Shown: positions 1 through 8,999 of the stretch, one piece after another
Position numbering within the stretch: the stretch's first letter is position 1
How the letters are laid out: every line of letters begins with the position of its first letter
Origin: an uncultured Planctomycetales bacterium
GTDB lineage: Bacteria; Planctomycetota; Phycisphaerae; UBA1845; Fen-1342
Direction: 5' to 3'
Length of the DNA: 64,000 bases
Assembly (NCBI GenBank): GCA_964553225.1
Contig: CAZKJT010000002.1
Location: 389,908-453,907 of the forward strand
Made by a program: the position numbers and the translations under genes
The notes under the pieces: generated by a model
Database searches by the model: none
Told to the model about the DNA's origin: nothing
What the model saw: the letters and a program-made list of their open reading frames with translations, nothing else

Positions 1-870
1 GCTGTTGATCCCGAGCAGGGGCGCGCCGCCGTATTCGGCGAAGTCGTGCTTTCGCCAGATGGTCTCGACGACCGGCTCGAACTGGCGCATGAGCTCCGGC
101 GCGGCCTGCTGGATTTCACGGCGAATCGTGCGGAACAGCCCCTCGGCGAGACCCTCGGTCAGTTTCAGGATCACGTTTCCGACGAATCCATCGCAGATGA
201 AGATGTTTCCGGCGCCGGCGAAGATGTCGCGGCCCTCGACGTTGCCGACGAAGTTCAGCAGCGGATCGGACTTGATGAGGTTGCGGGCTTCCTTGACGAG
301 CGGATTGCCCTTGGAGTCCTCTTCGCCGATCGAGACGATGCCGATTCGCGGCTCCTGGATCTTGTGGATGAGGCGCGCGAAGACCTGGCACATGCAGGCG
401 TATTCGTGCAGGTGGTGCGGCTTCGGGGCGACGTTCGCGCCCACATCGCAGATGATGGCGGGTCCGTGAAAGGTCGGCACGACCACGGCGATGCCCGGGC
501 GCGAAACGCCGGCGATCGGCTTGATCCGCAACTGGCAGGCGGCGACGAATGCGCCGGTGTTGCCGGCGGAGACGATGGCCTCGACCTCGCCCTTACCGGC
601 CGCCTGGGCCATGCGGGCGATGGTCGAGTCGCGCTTCTGGCGAAGCGCCTCGACGGGGCTTTCGTCCATGCCGATGGTCTGGGAGCAATGGACGGGCTTG
701 ATGCGCGCGTCGATCAGATTGACGGCGGAGCATTCCGCCTCGAGCACGTCGGGCGGGCCGTAGAGGTGCAGTTCGTCGTCGGGGCCGAGGAAGTCGAGTC
801 CTTCCTTCACGCCGCGCACAATCTCGCGCGGCGCGTGATCCCCGCCCATGGCGTCGACGGCCAGTCGCAT
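1..870 (-). CDS. plsX: phosphate acyltransferase PlsX (3' part runs off the window edge)
   Basis: Reverse-strand translation from the ATG at 868-870 reads MRLAVDAMGGDHAP...GNTGAFVAA...GIVSIGEEDSKGNPLVKEARNLI, the PlsX signature. The ORF is missing from the track because it has no in-window stop. Lies directly downstream of rpmF, the canonical rpmF-plsX order. Confidence 0.85.
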   Translation of the reverse strand, partial: MRLAVDAMGGDHAPREIVRGVKEGLDFLGPDDELHLYGPPDVLEAECSAVNLIDARIKPVHCSQTIGMDESPVEALRQKRDSTIARMAQAAGKGEVEAIVSAGNTGAFVAACQLRIKPIAGVSRPGIAVVVPTFHGPAIICDVGANVAPKPHHLHEYACMCQVFARLIHKIQEPRIGIVSIGEEDSKGNPLVKEARNLIKSDPLLNFVGNVEGRDIFAGAGNIFICDGFVGNVILKLTEGLAEGLFRTIRREIQQAAPELMRQFEPVVETIWRKHDFAEYGGAPLLGINS

Positions 871-875
871 GACGA

Positions 876-1064
876 TCAGGACTCCGCCGGTTGACCGACC
901 GAGACGCGCGTGTGCGCGTTGACGAAGCCGCAATTGCCGCAGGCGCGATGCGAGAGGCGGGCGTTTCCGCACCGCGGACAGGAAGAAAGCTCGACGGGAC
1001 TCAATGCGTGATGCGAGCGACGCGTGCGCTTGCGCATTTTTGTTTTCTTATGAACGGGAAGCAC
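876..1064 (-). CDS. rpmF: 50S ribosomal protein L32
   Basis: The ORF contains KRTRRSHHALS...CPRCGNARLSHRACGNCGF, an L32 zinc-ribbon signature. The true start is probably an internal GTG or ATG (about 57-62 aa), not the track start at 1106. The stop lies 6 nt before the plsX start. Confidence 0.8.
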   Translation of the reverse strand: MLPVHKKTKMRKRTRRSHHALSPVELSSCPRCGNARLSHRACGNCGFVNAHTRVSVGQPAES

Positions 1065-1237
1065 GTTCGGCTCCTGCAAGGTCACTTCGGGATTGGGGCC
1101 GCGCACCGCTCCCGCAGATCGCGCTGGGCGCTCAGAGAAGCAACCGCGCCGTGTACGAACGAGTGAGCCTAGAGGGATGGGACAGGGCTGTCAAGTCTCG
1201 CGCTACGGAGAGATGGAGACAGAGGGTGACGCAGCGT

Positions 1238-1444
1238 CTAGGCGGGGTCCCGCGGTGACGCCGCCTCGCGGCGGAGCGGCGCGAGCGAGGTTTTCGTCAG
1301 CCGGAACTCGCCGATCGGTGCGACCTTCCGGTAACCCAGGTAGAGAACCAGGTCGAGAACCTCGGTCCAGGTGGGGAACGGGCGGCTGTTGACCCGCTTG
1401 TATTCGTCGATGGCCTTGAGGAACTCGAGCTGTTCCTCGTTCAT
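1238..1444 (-). CDS. small hypothetical protein (68 aa from MNEEQLEFLKAIDEYKR...). An Arg/Asp-rich DRR-repeat N-terminal extension to 1669 is possible.
   Basis: Minus-strand ORF with coding-like composition and an internal ATG at 1444. The upstream in-frame segment is low-complexity (PDRRVQPDRRASVTDRRSG...). No family recognised. Confidence 0.4.
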   Translation of the reverse strand: MNEEQLEFLKAIDEYKRVNSRPFPTWTEVLDLVLYLGYRKVAPIGEFRLTKTSLAPLRREAASPRDPA

Positions 1445-1825
1445 GTGGCCTTCTTCAGCGTCGCGTCGATAATCCGTGCGACGCCGGCCCGGACCGCGGC
1501 GGCGATCATATTGCGACACATCGCCGTCGGCGGGGCGATCCGTCCCGCTTCGGCGATCCGTGACGCTGGCGCGGCGGTCCGGCTGTACGCGCCGATCCGG
1601 CACGAGCTCGGTACCTGCGTTCGAGGTGTCCGGAGCGGATTCCGCGGAGCTGCGGTCGGTGCCCATCATGCCAGTTCATCGACCGGGCGCGCCGATCGCA
1701 TGAACTCGCCCGGGCCGACGATAACCGGTTGCGACGGACCGCGCCGGGAGCGGTTCGGATATCAGACGAGCGGATCGGGCTCCGTCGCGCCGCGGGAGTG
1801 CCGCGGTTTCGTCAAGGACTGCACA

Positions 1826-2215
1826 CTACTCCTCGTCGTCGTCGTCGAACTCCTCGTCGTCGTCGAAGTCGTCGTCATCCGCGTCGTCGTCGTCCTCGTA
1901 TTCTTCGCCGAGATCCTCTTCCTCTTCGACGAGCGATTCGTCGCCATCGTCAGCGTCCGGATCGAACTCCTCTTCTTCTTCGTCCTCGTCGAACGAGCGC
2001 TTCGCCGTGTCCGCCGCCGGACCCCAGCGATCGTGGTCCTCGGCCGCATCATCCGCTTCGTCGGCGTCGAGCGCCGGAGCGGCTGTCAGGCCGACCCACG
2101 CGCCGGGCTCATCCGGGAGCTCCGCGGATTCCTGGAACCCGTCGAGTCGCCCGTCTTTGCCGCGTCGAACGTCAAACACGCGGTTTCGATCGAACATGAC
2201 TGCTGCCTCCTGCAC
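1826..2215 (-). CDS. hypothetical hyper-acidic protein (GTG start). The C-terminal ~60 residues are almost entirely Asp/Glu.
   Basis: Minus ORF of 129 aa. The N-terminal half has ordinary composition, then a poly-D/E tail (EEEEEFDPDADDGDESLVEEEEDLGEEYEDDDDADDDDFDDDEEFDDDDEE). It is antisense to the junk N-terminal half of the long + ORF 1445..3601. Confidence 0.45.
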   Translation of the reverse strand: MQEAAVMFDRNRVFDVRRGKDGRLDGFQESAELPDEPGAWVGLTAAPALDADEADDAAEDHDRWGPAADTAKRSFDEDEEEEEFDPDADDGDESLVEEEEDLGEEYEDDDDADDDDFDDDEEFDDDDEE

Positions 2216-2527
2216 GCCGGTGCGTGCGTGACTGCCTGGAGATCGACTTCTGAAATCGCCTCGAAGCGTGTGCGTGATGGCCGTGCGCCCCGCCCGCGCG
2301 CGGGCAGATTAGCTCCGGTTTTCGAGTCGTCAAGTCCGGCGATCCGCATTTTGTGGAACTTGCGCGCGCACAGCGCGCTTCCGGTGCAGCGCGGGCTCGC
2401 GACCGGCCGGCGCTGCGCGTATGAACCGGGCGCAACGGCGGACCAATCGCGAGTCTGGAAATGCGAACAAAACCCGAATATCATGATCGCCGGCGGCGAC
2501 AGTGTCGCGGCGTTGCCGAACGCGAGG

Positions 2528-3601
2528 ATGCGCATGATCCGCCCGATCAGCAATCCGCCGAATCCGTACTGCGGCGAGCACGTCGCCTATCTGGATGATC
2601 CGCCGCCGGACGTTCGCATTGAGGTGTTCGAGGAGCGCGTCCGCACAATCCTGGCCGAGAACGAAAGCCCGGACATCCCATTCCGATTCAGCGTCAATCC
2701 GTATCGCGGGTGCCAGCACGCCTGCGCCTATTGTTATGCGCGTCTGACGCACGAATACCTCGGATTTGGCGCCGGCACCGATTTCGACTCGCGGATCGTG
2801 GTGAAGATCAACGCCGCCGAAGCGCTCGACGCGGAGCTGCGGTCGCGCCGGCTGGCCGGCGAGCGGATCGCGTTCTCGGGCGTGACCGATTGCTACCAGC
2901 CGCTCGAGACGGTCTTTCGTCTGACGCGGGCCTGCCTGGAGACGTGCCTGCGGCGCGGATTCGGCGTGTCGATCGTGACGAAGTCGTACCTCATCGTCCG
3001 CGATCGCGAGTTGCTCGCTGCATTCCAGCACCGCGGCGGAATGCACGTCTACTTCAGCATTCCCTTCTCCGACGACGCGATGGCACGCAAAGTGGAGCCC
3101 GGAGCGCCGCCGCCGTCGCGACGCTTTGCGGCGATGAAGCTGCTTTCGGACGCCCGCATTCCGGTGAGCGTGCTGGTCGCGCCGGTCGTGCCGGGCCTGA
3201 ATGACCGGCAGATCCCGGCCGTTCTGGAGCGAGCTGCGGAGTGCGGCGCGTCGTCGGCCGGAATGCTCCCGTTGCGTTTGCCGGGCAGCGTCGCGCCGGT
3301 ATTTCTGGAACGCGTTCGCGGATCGCTGCCGCATCACGCGGAGCGTATCGAGGCGCTGCACCGCGGCGGGCGGCGCGGACGGTTGAACGATCCTCGATTC
3401 GGCTCGCGCATGCGGGCTGTCGGTGCGTATTGGGAGACGATCTACAGTCTCTTCGAGAAATCCGCGGCGCGATTCGGGCTGAACCGGTCCGGCGACGGCT
3501 CGACGCTGGAGGAATGCCGCGGCTCAACGCACGCGGCGGCGCGCGCGCCGGCCGGCGGCCGAGGCGGATCGGTGCAATTGCCGCTGTTCGGAGGCGACTG
3601 A
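2528..3601 (+). CDS. radical SAM protein, SplB/PA0069-like (DNA-repair photolyase-like family)
   Basis: NPYRGCQHACAYCYAR carries the CxxxCxxC radical-SAM cluster in the context typical of the spore-photoproduct-lyase-like family. Only the C-terminal roughly 360 aa of the 718-aa track ORF look coding. Alternative start at 2483. Confidence 0.75.
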   Translation: MRMIRPISNPPNPYCGEHVAYLDDPPPDVRIEVFEERVRTILAENESPDIPFRFSVNPYRGCQHACAYCYARLTHEYLGFGAGTDFDSRIVVKINAAEALDAELRSRRLAGERIAFSGVTDCYQPLETVFRLTRACLETCLRRGFGVSIVTKSYLIVRDRELLAAFQHRGGMHVYFSIPFSDDAMARKVEPGAPPPSRRFAAMKLLSDARIPVSVLVAPVVPGLNDRQIPAVLERAAECGASSAGMLPLRLPGSVAPVFLERVRGSLPHHAERIEALHRGGRRGRLNDPRFGSRMRAVGAYWETIYSLFEKSAARFGLNRSGDGSTLEECRGSTHAAARAPAGGRGGSVQLPLFGGD

Positions 3602-3854
3602 CGCGGCGCGTCGTATCGGCTGCGGCATTCGTGCGATCGGGAATGCACGCCGGACTTCGCCGGCGCCCCCGAAGAACCGCGCGCTGTTGGCCACGCGCGC
3701 CGGCCGCGCGGATTTCGGGCGCCGCGCGGGCCAAGACGATCATCGTCTGCATTTGCTCCGACCAGCGAACGCTGCTACAAACCGATCGTACCGAGTCAGG
3801 GGAAAAGCCGACGCCAGCGCGGCGTTCTGCGGCGAGCCGAGGGTCGAGACGAGC

Positions 3855-5159
3855 ATGCGGCAGGCGAATCTGGGCAACACGTGCGTGGTCGGGCTCCAGT
3901 GGGGCGACGAGGGCAAGGGCAAGGTCGTGGACGCCCTGGTGGAGCGATTCGACGTCGTAGTTCGCTACAGCGGCGGACCCAACGCCGGCCACACCGTGGT
4001 GGTCGCCGGCGACCGATTCGCGCTGCACCAGCTTCCGAGCGGAGTGCTGCGTCCGCGTGCCTGCAACATGATCACCGGCGGCGCGGTGATCGACCCGGCG
4101 GTGCTTCTGGGCGAGCTGGAATCGCTGAGGCAGCGCGGCGTGTCGCTGGGCGCATCGCATCTCCGGATCAGCGACCGCGCGCATCTGCTGTTTCCGTATC
4201 ACCGCCAGCAGGATCTTCTGGCGGAGCGCGCGGCGCTTCCGGGCGCCAAGATCGGCACGACGGCGCGGGGCGTCGGGCCGTGTTATGCGGACAAGGTGTC
4301 GCGGCGCTGGGGCGTGCGCGTCTGCGAGCTGTATGACGTGGATCGATTCCGCGCCCGGCTGTCCGAGATCATCGCGCACAAGAACGCGTACCTGGCCGCG
4401 CTATATGACGTTCGCGAGCCGCTCGACGCGCGGTCGATCACCGACGAGTACCTCGCCTTTGCGGAGCAGCTTCGCCCGCACGTATGCGACACGACGATCG
4501 AGCTGGGAGACGCGATCTCGCGCGGCGCAAGCGTATTGTTCGAGGGCGCGCAAGGCGCGCTGCTGGACATCGACCACGGCACATATCCGTACGTGACCAG
4601 CGCCAGTTCGGGCGTGGGCGGCGTGGCGAGCGGCGCCGGCGTGTCGCCGCGGGTGCTCCGAAGCGTCGTCGGCGTGATGAAGGCGTACACGACGCGCGTG
4701 GGTGAAGGGCCGCTTCCGACGGAGCTGACCGACGCCACGGGCGACCGGATTCGCGAGACGGGCCGCGAGTTCGGCACCACCACCGGACGGCCGCGGCGGT
4801 GCGGCTGGTTCGACGCGGTCGCGGCCGGCTACTCCGCGCGGCTGACCGGTCCGACGCACCTGGCGCTGATGCATCTCGATACGCTGAGCGGTTTTGACGA
4901 GATTCGGGTGTGTACGGGGTATCGCCTCTCCGGCGGCCTTGTGAGCACGTTTCCGGCCAACACGAACCTTCTGGAGCAGGCTGAGCCTGTGTATGAGTCG
5001 CTTCCCGGCTGGAGCCAACCGATCGACGGATGCCGGGAGTATGACGAGCTTCCCGACGCGGCCCGGCGATACGTGGAGCGCCTCGGTGCGCTGCTGGGGG
5101 CGCCGGTTTGCATGATCAGCGTCGGTCCGGACCGCGAGCAGACAATCTATCGGGACTAA
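3855..5159 (+). CDS. purA: adenylosuccinate synthetase
   Basis: GLQWGDEGKGKVVD (P-loop), GTTARGVGPCYADK, TTTGRPRRCGWFD are textbook PurA motifs. The start is set at MRQANLGN (ATG 3855) inside the longer track ORF. Confidence 0.95.
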   Translation: MRQANLGNTCVVGLQWGDEGKGKVVDALVERFDVVVRYSGGPNAGHTVVVAGDRFALHQLPSGVLRPRACNMITGGAVIDPAVLLGELESLRQRGVSLGASHLRISDRAHLLFPYHRQQDLLAERAALPGAKIGTTARGVGPCYADKVSRRWGVRVCELYDVDRFRARLSEIIAHKNAYLAALYDVREPLDARSITDEYLAFAEQLRPHVCDTTIELGDAISRGASVLFEGAQGALLDIDHGTYPYVTSASSGVGGVASGAGVSPRVLRSVVGVMKAYTTRVGEGPLPTELTDATGDRIRETGREFGTTTGRPRRCGWFDAVAAGYSARLTGPTHLALMHLDTLSGFDEIRVCTGYRLSGGLVSTFPANTNLLEQAEPVYESLPGWSQPIDGCREYDELPDAARRYVERLGALLGAPVCMISVGPDREQTIYRD

Positions 5160-5170
5160 AGGGGGATCGC

Positions 5171-5980
5171 GTGAACGCCTCGGTGGGCGCAGCGAATCTT
5201 CGGGAGCGGCTCGGGTTGCCGCCGGAGGCGGTCCCGCGGCACATCGCCATCATCATGGACGGCAACGGGCGCTGGGCGCAGCAGCGCGGCCTTCCGCGCA
5301 TCGACGGTCATCGCAGCGCGACGCGCGCGGTCCGCGCAGCCATCTCAGGCTGTTCGCAGCTCGGCGTGCAGTGCCTGACGCTCTACAGCTTCAGCATCGA
5401 GAACTGGAAGCGCCCAGCCGGCGAGGTTTCCGGCCTGATGGAGCTGTACGCGCGCAGCCTTTTCGAGAACCGCGACGAGCTGCTCGCCAACAACGTGCGG
5501 ATCGTTCAGATCGGACGCCGCGCGGGGCTGCCGCCGGACGTGGTGCGCGAGCTGGACGCGGCCGAGTCTCTCAGTCGCGGCAATCGCGGGTTGACGCTGT
5601 GCCTGGCGCTGAACTACGGCTCGCGCGCCGAATTGTGCGACGCGGTGCAGCGGCTGGCGCGGCGCGTGCAGACCGGCGCGCTGTCGCCGGAGGCGATTGA
5701 CGAGGACGCCATCGCGGCCGAGCTGGACACGGCCGGCCTGCCCGACCCGGACCTGGTGATCCGCACAGCCGGCGAGATGCGACTCAGCAACTTTCTGCTG
5801 TGGCAGGTGAGCTACGCGGAGTTCTACGCGACGCCAGTGTTGTGGCCGGACTTCTCGGAAGATCACCTGGTTGAGGCCATTCGGGCGTATGCCGGGCGGC
5901 AGCGGCGTTTCGGCGATGTCCCGACGGTGTCGCCGGACGGCCGCGCTGCGGGCGGCGAATCCGGCGGTTCCACAGGCTGA
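5171..5980 (+). CDS. uppS: undecaprenyl-diphosphate synthase (cis-prenyltransferase)
   Basis: HIAIIMDGNGRWA, ...LTLYSFSIENWKRP..., ...RLSNFLLWQVSYAEF are UppS motifs. GTG start at 5171 shortly after the purA stop. Confidence 0.9.
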   Translation: MNASVGAANLRERLGLPPEAVPRHIAIIMDGNGRWAQQRGLPRIDGHRSATRAVRAAISGCSQLGVQCLTLYSFSIENWKRPAGEVSGLMELYARSLFENRDELLANNVRIVQIGRRAGLPPDVVRELDAAESLSRGNRGLTLCLALNYGSRAELCDAVQRLARRVQTGALSPEAIDEDAIAAELDTAGLPDPDLVIRTAGEMRLSNFLLWQVSYAEFYATPVLWPDFSEDHLVEAIRAYAGRQRRFGDVPTVSPDGRAAGGESGGSTG

Positions 5981-5987
5981 GTGGGCG

Positions 5988-6905
5988 ATGCGACTTCGTC
6001 TCATCTTCGGTAGCGCGCTAGCTGTCGGCGTCATCCTGCTGATGGCGCTGGACGCATGGCTTTCGGCCGGGCATCAGGGCGAATGGCTTCGCACCGGGCT
6101 GGTCTGCACGGGGCTGGTGTTGGCGCTCACCGGGCTGGCGGTGCGCGAACTGCTGCGATTCGCCGTTCAGACCGGGCACCGCCCGCTGCGGTTCGAGTCC
6201 TATTTTTTTGCGTACGGCCTGGTTCTGGGTCCGTACGTCTCGTTCAACGTGAGCGAGGCCGCGGCGCTTCACGACGAGTCGTGGGGCATGGCGTGGATGG
6301 CGATCGCGCTGGGCGCGGCGTTCCTGGCGCAGGCGATGCGGCGGGGAGTGGACCGCGTACTGGTAAACCTCGCCACAACGCTGTTCATCGTGTTCTACGC
6401 GGGCGGCCTGTTCGGATTCATGACCAAGCTGCGCATGGAGATCGGCGGTCCGCTGGGCGCCGTGCTGCTGGTGTTCAGCATGTTCGTCGTGAAGATGACC
6501 GATGTCGGCGCGTATTTTGTCGGCACGTGGATCGGCCGGCACAAGGCTGTGCCCTGGCTCAGTCCGAGCAAGAGCTGGGAAGGGTTCGCGGGCGGCGTCC
6601 TGGTCGCGATGGGGTCGGCGGTGGGAATTGGCGCGGCGCTGAAAGCGGCCGGCTGGCTCGAGGGCGCTCCGGACGCGCTGATCGGTCCGGTCGGACTGCT
6701 CGCGTTCGGTTTCACGATGTCTCTGTTCTCGATCGCCGGAGATCTGGCCGAGTCGTTGCTGAAGCGCGACGTGGCGCGAAAAGACAGCGGCAACGCCATT
6801 CCGGGAATGGGCGGTTTCCTCGACGTCGTGGACTCGGCGATGCTGTCTGCGCCGGCGGCGTGGTTCTTCTGGACACGCGTGCCGGCTCTGGTGGGCGCGA
6901 CCTGA
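5988..6905 (+). CDS. cdsA: phosphatidate cytidylyltransferase
   Basis: Polytopic membrane protein ending in the CTP_transf_1 signature (SLFSIAGDLAESLLKRDVARKDSGNAIPGMGGFLD). The uppS-cdsA order is conserved in many bacteria. Confidence 0.85.
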   Translation: MRLRLIFGSALAVGVILLMALDAWLSAGHQGEWLRTGLVCTGLVLALTGLAVRELLRFAVQTGHRPLRFESYFFAYGLVLGPYVSFNVSEAAALHDESWGMAWMAIALGAAFLAQAMRRGVDRVLVNLATTLFIVFYAGGLFGFMTKLRMEIGGPLGAVLLVFSMFVVKMTDVGAYFVGTWIGRHKAVPWLSPSKSWEGFAGGVLVAMGSAVGIGAALKAAGWLEGAPDALIGPVGLLAFGFTMSLFSIAGDLAESLLKRDVARKDSGNAIPGMGGFLDVVDSAMLSAPAAWFFWTRVPALVGAT

Positions 6906-6918
6906 GCGAGACGGGCCC

Positions 6919-7026
6919 GGTCGCGACTCGGTTTCGGGAACGCCGCGACCGTCAGGGAACGTGGTCTGCCCAGGACGCTACCAACTCCGATTCCCCGCTC
7001 CCTGACGGTCGCGGCTCGGTTCCGGA
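6919..7026. repeat. GC-rich intergenic inverted/direct repeat element (copy A of a dispersed family)
   Basis: gccgcgaccgtcagggaacg (6942-6961) is the reverse complement of tccctgacggtcgcggc within the core ccccgctccctgacggtcgcggctcgg (6993-7019). There is also a direct repeat ggtcgcgactcggtttcgg / ggtcgcggctcggttccgg. Lies between the convergent cdsA and LysR genes. Confidence 0.7.
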
Positions 7027-7055
7027 TGCGCAGCGTCTTCAATAGAGGCACAACA

Positions 7056-7970
7056 CTAGGCTTTGCCGCGCGCCCGAAACAGGCTCTGCCGAGCGGCATT
7101 CGTGATCGCCACGACCGCGGGGTGACGGAGCTTTCGCTCGATGGAGATGGCGTAGAACTGCTCGCGCACCGCGTCGGTCCGCCCAAGCACGCGGCAACCG
7201 TGGGCACGCCGCACGTCGCCTTCTATCACCCGCGGCGCGGCGAACACGCCCAAGCCGGTCTGCCCGAACACCTTCAGCAGGGCGCTGTCCTGGAATTCGC
7301 CGCAGATTCGCGGCCGCACGCCGACGGATTCGAACCAGCGCTCGACGTCGCGACGCAGCACGGCGTCGCGAGTCGGCAGCAGCAGCGGAGCGCCGTCGAG
7401 GCATGCCGGAAACCGGCGAGGCAGGCGTCGCGCCAGCTCCGGCGGCGCGAAGAACGACACGCCGCACTCGCCCAGAAGATGATTAAAGGCCCGCACCCGG
7501 ATGTGCGGATCGATCGGGGCATCGGACAGCACCACGTCCAGCTCGTTCAGCGACAGCCGCGCGAGCAGATCGTTCGGCGACGCCTCGACGCAGACGAGCT
7601 GGATCGCCTCAGGGAGTTCGAGCGCGGGCGCGATCAGGCGGTGTGCGATCAGCTTCGGCAACGCGTCGGCGACGCCCACCACGAGCCGGACCGCGCCGCG
7701 AGCGGGCCGCCCGCTCAGCGAATCGAGCAGTTCGCGGCCGAGGGTGAAGATCTCGTCGGCATAGCGCAGGGTCTGGCGCCCGGCTTCGGTAAGCGCCAGC
7801 CGCCGCCCGGCCTTCTCGAACAGGCGTATACCGAGGCGGCGCTCGAGCTGGCGGACCTGGGCGGAGACGGTCGGCTGCGCCAGGCGCAGCCGCTGCGCCG
7901 CCGGCGCGACGCCGCCCGACCGGGCGACCATCCAGAAGTACAGCAGATGGTGGTAATTCAGCCATTCCAT
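7056..7970 (-). CDS. LysR-family transcriptional regulator
   Basis: N-terminal HTH YHHLLYFWMVARSGGVAPAAQRLRLAQPTVSAQVRQLERRLGIRLF plus a roughly 200-aa LysR substrate-binding region. Divergent from the hpf-like gene across an AT-rich spacer. Confidence 0.85.
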   Translation of the reverse strand: MEWLNYHHLLYFWMVARSGGVAPAAQRLRLAQPTVSAQVRQLERRLGIRLFEKAGRRLALTEAGRQTLRYADEIFTLGRELLDSLSGRPARGAVRLVVGVADALPKLIAHRLIAPALELPEAIQLVCVEASPNDLLARLSLNELDVVLSDAPIDPHIRVRAFNHLLGECGVSFFAPPELARRLPRRFPACLDGAPLLLPTRDAVLRRDVERWFESVGVRPRICGEFQDSALLKVFGQTGLGVFAAPRVIEGDVRRAHGCRVLGRTDAVREQFYAISIERKLRHPAVVAITNAARQSLFRARGKA

Positions 7971-8137
7971 GGCGGGCGAGTATACATCGTAAATATCTAT
8001 GTTTCATCTCATTCTTATCTATTTGTCTGTGCGGTCGAATCGCGCAATACTCTGGAGAGTCCACGAAGCGCGGTGCGCAGTCCGGGACTCTCGAGACGGG
8101 ACTCAAACGGCGCGCCCGACAAGCAAGGAGACGGACC

Positions 8138-8491
8138 ATGACGATTCTCATTCAGGACCGCAATGCGGATCTGCCCCCCGCCGAGCTCGAGCTGGCCCGG
8201 CGGCGCATTCAGTTCGCTCTGACCCGCTTCGCGGATCGCCTGCGGCGCGTCCGCGTCCGGATCGTGGACATCAACGCCGACCGCGGCGGTCTCGACAAGC
8301 GCTGTCACATCGAGCTCGATCTGTCGCCGCGGGGAAAACTGCGGGTCGAGGCGACGGACCTCTCGGCTGAGGCCGCGGTGAGCCTCGCGGCCGACCGCGC
8401 AGCGCGCCGCCTGAAGGAGGAGATCGAGCGCCGTCGCGATCTGCGGCGGCGAAGTCCGGGCGACGATGGACCGCGTCGCGCGGCGTCTTAG
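8138..8491 (+). CDS. hpf: ribosome hibernation promoting factor / RaiA (S30AE) family protein
   Basis: The layout matches HPF: MTILIQDRNADLPPAELELARRRIQFALTRFADRLRRVRVRI...CHIELDL...EATDLSAEAAVSLAADRAARRL. AAGGAGA lies 7 nt upstream of the ATG. Confidence 0.6.
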   Translation: MTILIQDRNADLPPAELELARRRIQFALTRFADRLRRVRVRIVDINADRGGLDKRCHIELDLSPRGKLRVEATDLSAEAAVSLAADRAARRLKEEIERRRDLRRRSPGDDGPRRAAS

Positions 8492-8546
8492 GGTGTCGAT
8501 GGGAACGCGCTCGCGAATCTGCCGAATGCGGCAGGGGGAGTGTTGA

Positions 8547-8930
8547 ATGACGATGCGTGTCGAATGCAGTCGGTGCGGCGCTGAATGCGCGGCAACTTCA
8601 CGGTTCTGCAGCCGGTGCGGCGCAGAGCGGGGCGCTGCGGCCGCAGTTCCTGGGGCAGCGAGAGTCCTGCGGTGTCCGCGGTGCGACGCCGCGCTGACGG
8701 TCTCGACCCGCAGCGGCGTCGAGATCGACCATTGCTCGAGTTGCCGCGGGGTCTGGCTGGACCGGGGCGAGCTCGACAAGCTTGTGGCGCGCGAGTTCAA
8801 CCGCGACGACGACGATCGGCGCGAACGGGACTGGGACGACGAGCGCTACGACGGGCGATCCGGCGATTCGCAAACCGCGCACAAGCGGAGGCGCAAGTCA
8901 TTCTGGACCGAGCTGTTCGACTTCGACTGA
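8547..8930 (+). CDS. zinc-ribbon protein (double CxxC N-terminal ribbon plus TFIIB-type zinc ribbon, PF13453-like)
   Basis: CSRCGAEC...CSRCGAE, then CPRCDAAL...IDHCSSCRGVWLDRGELDKL and an acidic/basic tail ...KRRRKSFWTELFDFD, typical of zf-TFIIB-domain bacterial proteins. Confidence 0.6.
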   Translation: MTMRVECSRCGAECAATSRFCSRCGAERGAAAAVPGAARVLRCPRCDAALTVSTRSGVEIDHCSSCRGVWLDRGELDKLVAREFNRDDDDRRERDWDDERYDGRSGDSQTAHKRRRKSFWTELFDFD

Positions 8931-8999
8931 TGCCGCCGGCGCGCGATTGTGCGTTCGAGATCAGGCCAAGACCGGCATTCCTGAGGAAGATCTAACTGC

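Noticed and set aside
1445-2527. N-terminal 360 codons of the 718-aa + ORF that ends as the radical SAM gene.
   Set aside because: Low-complexity translation (VVVVELLVVVEVVV...) antisense to the acidic-tail gene. The radical SAM homology starts only near residue 350, so the true start was moved downstream.
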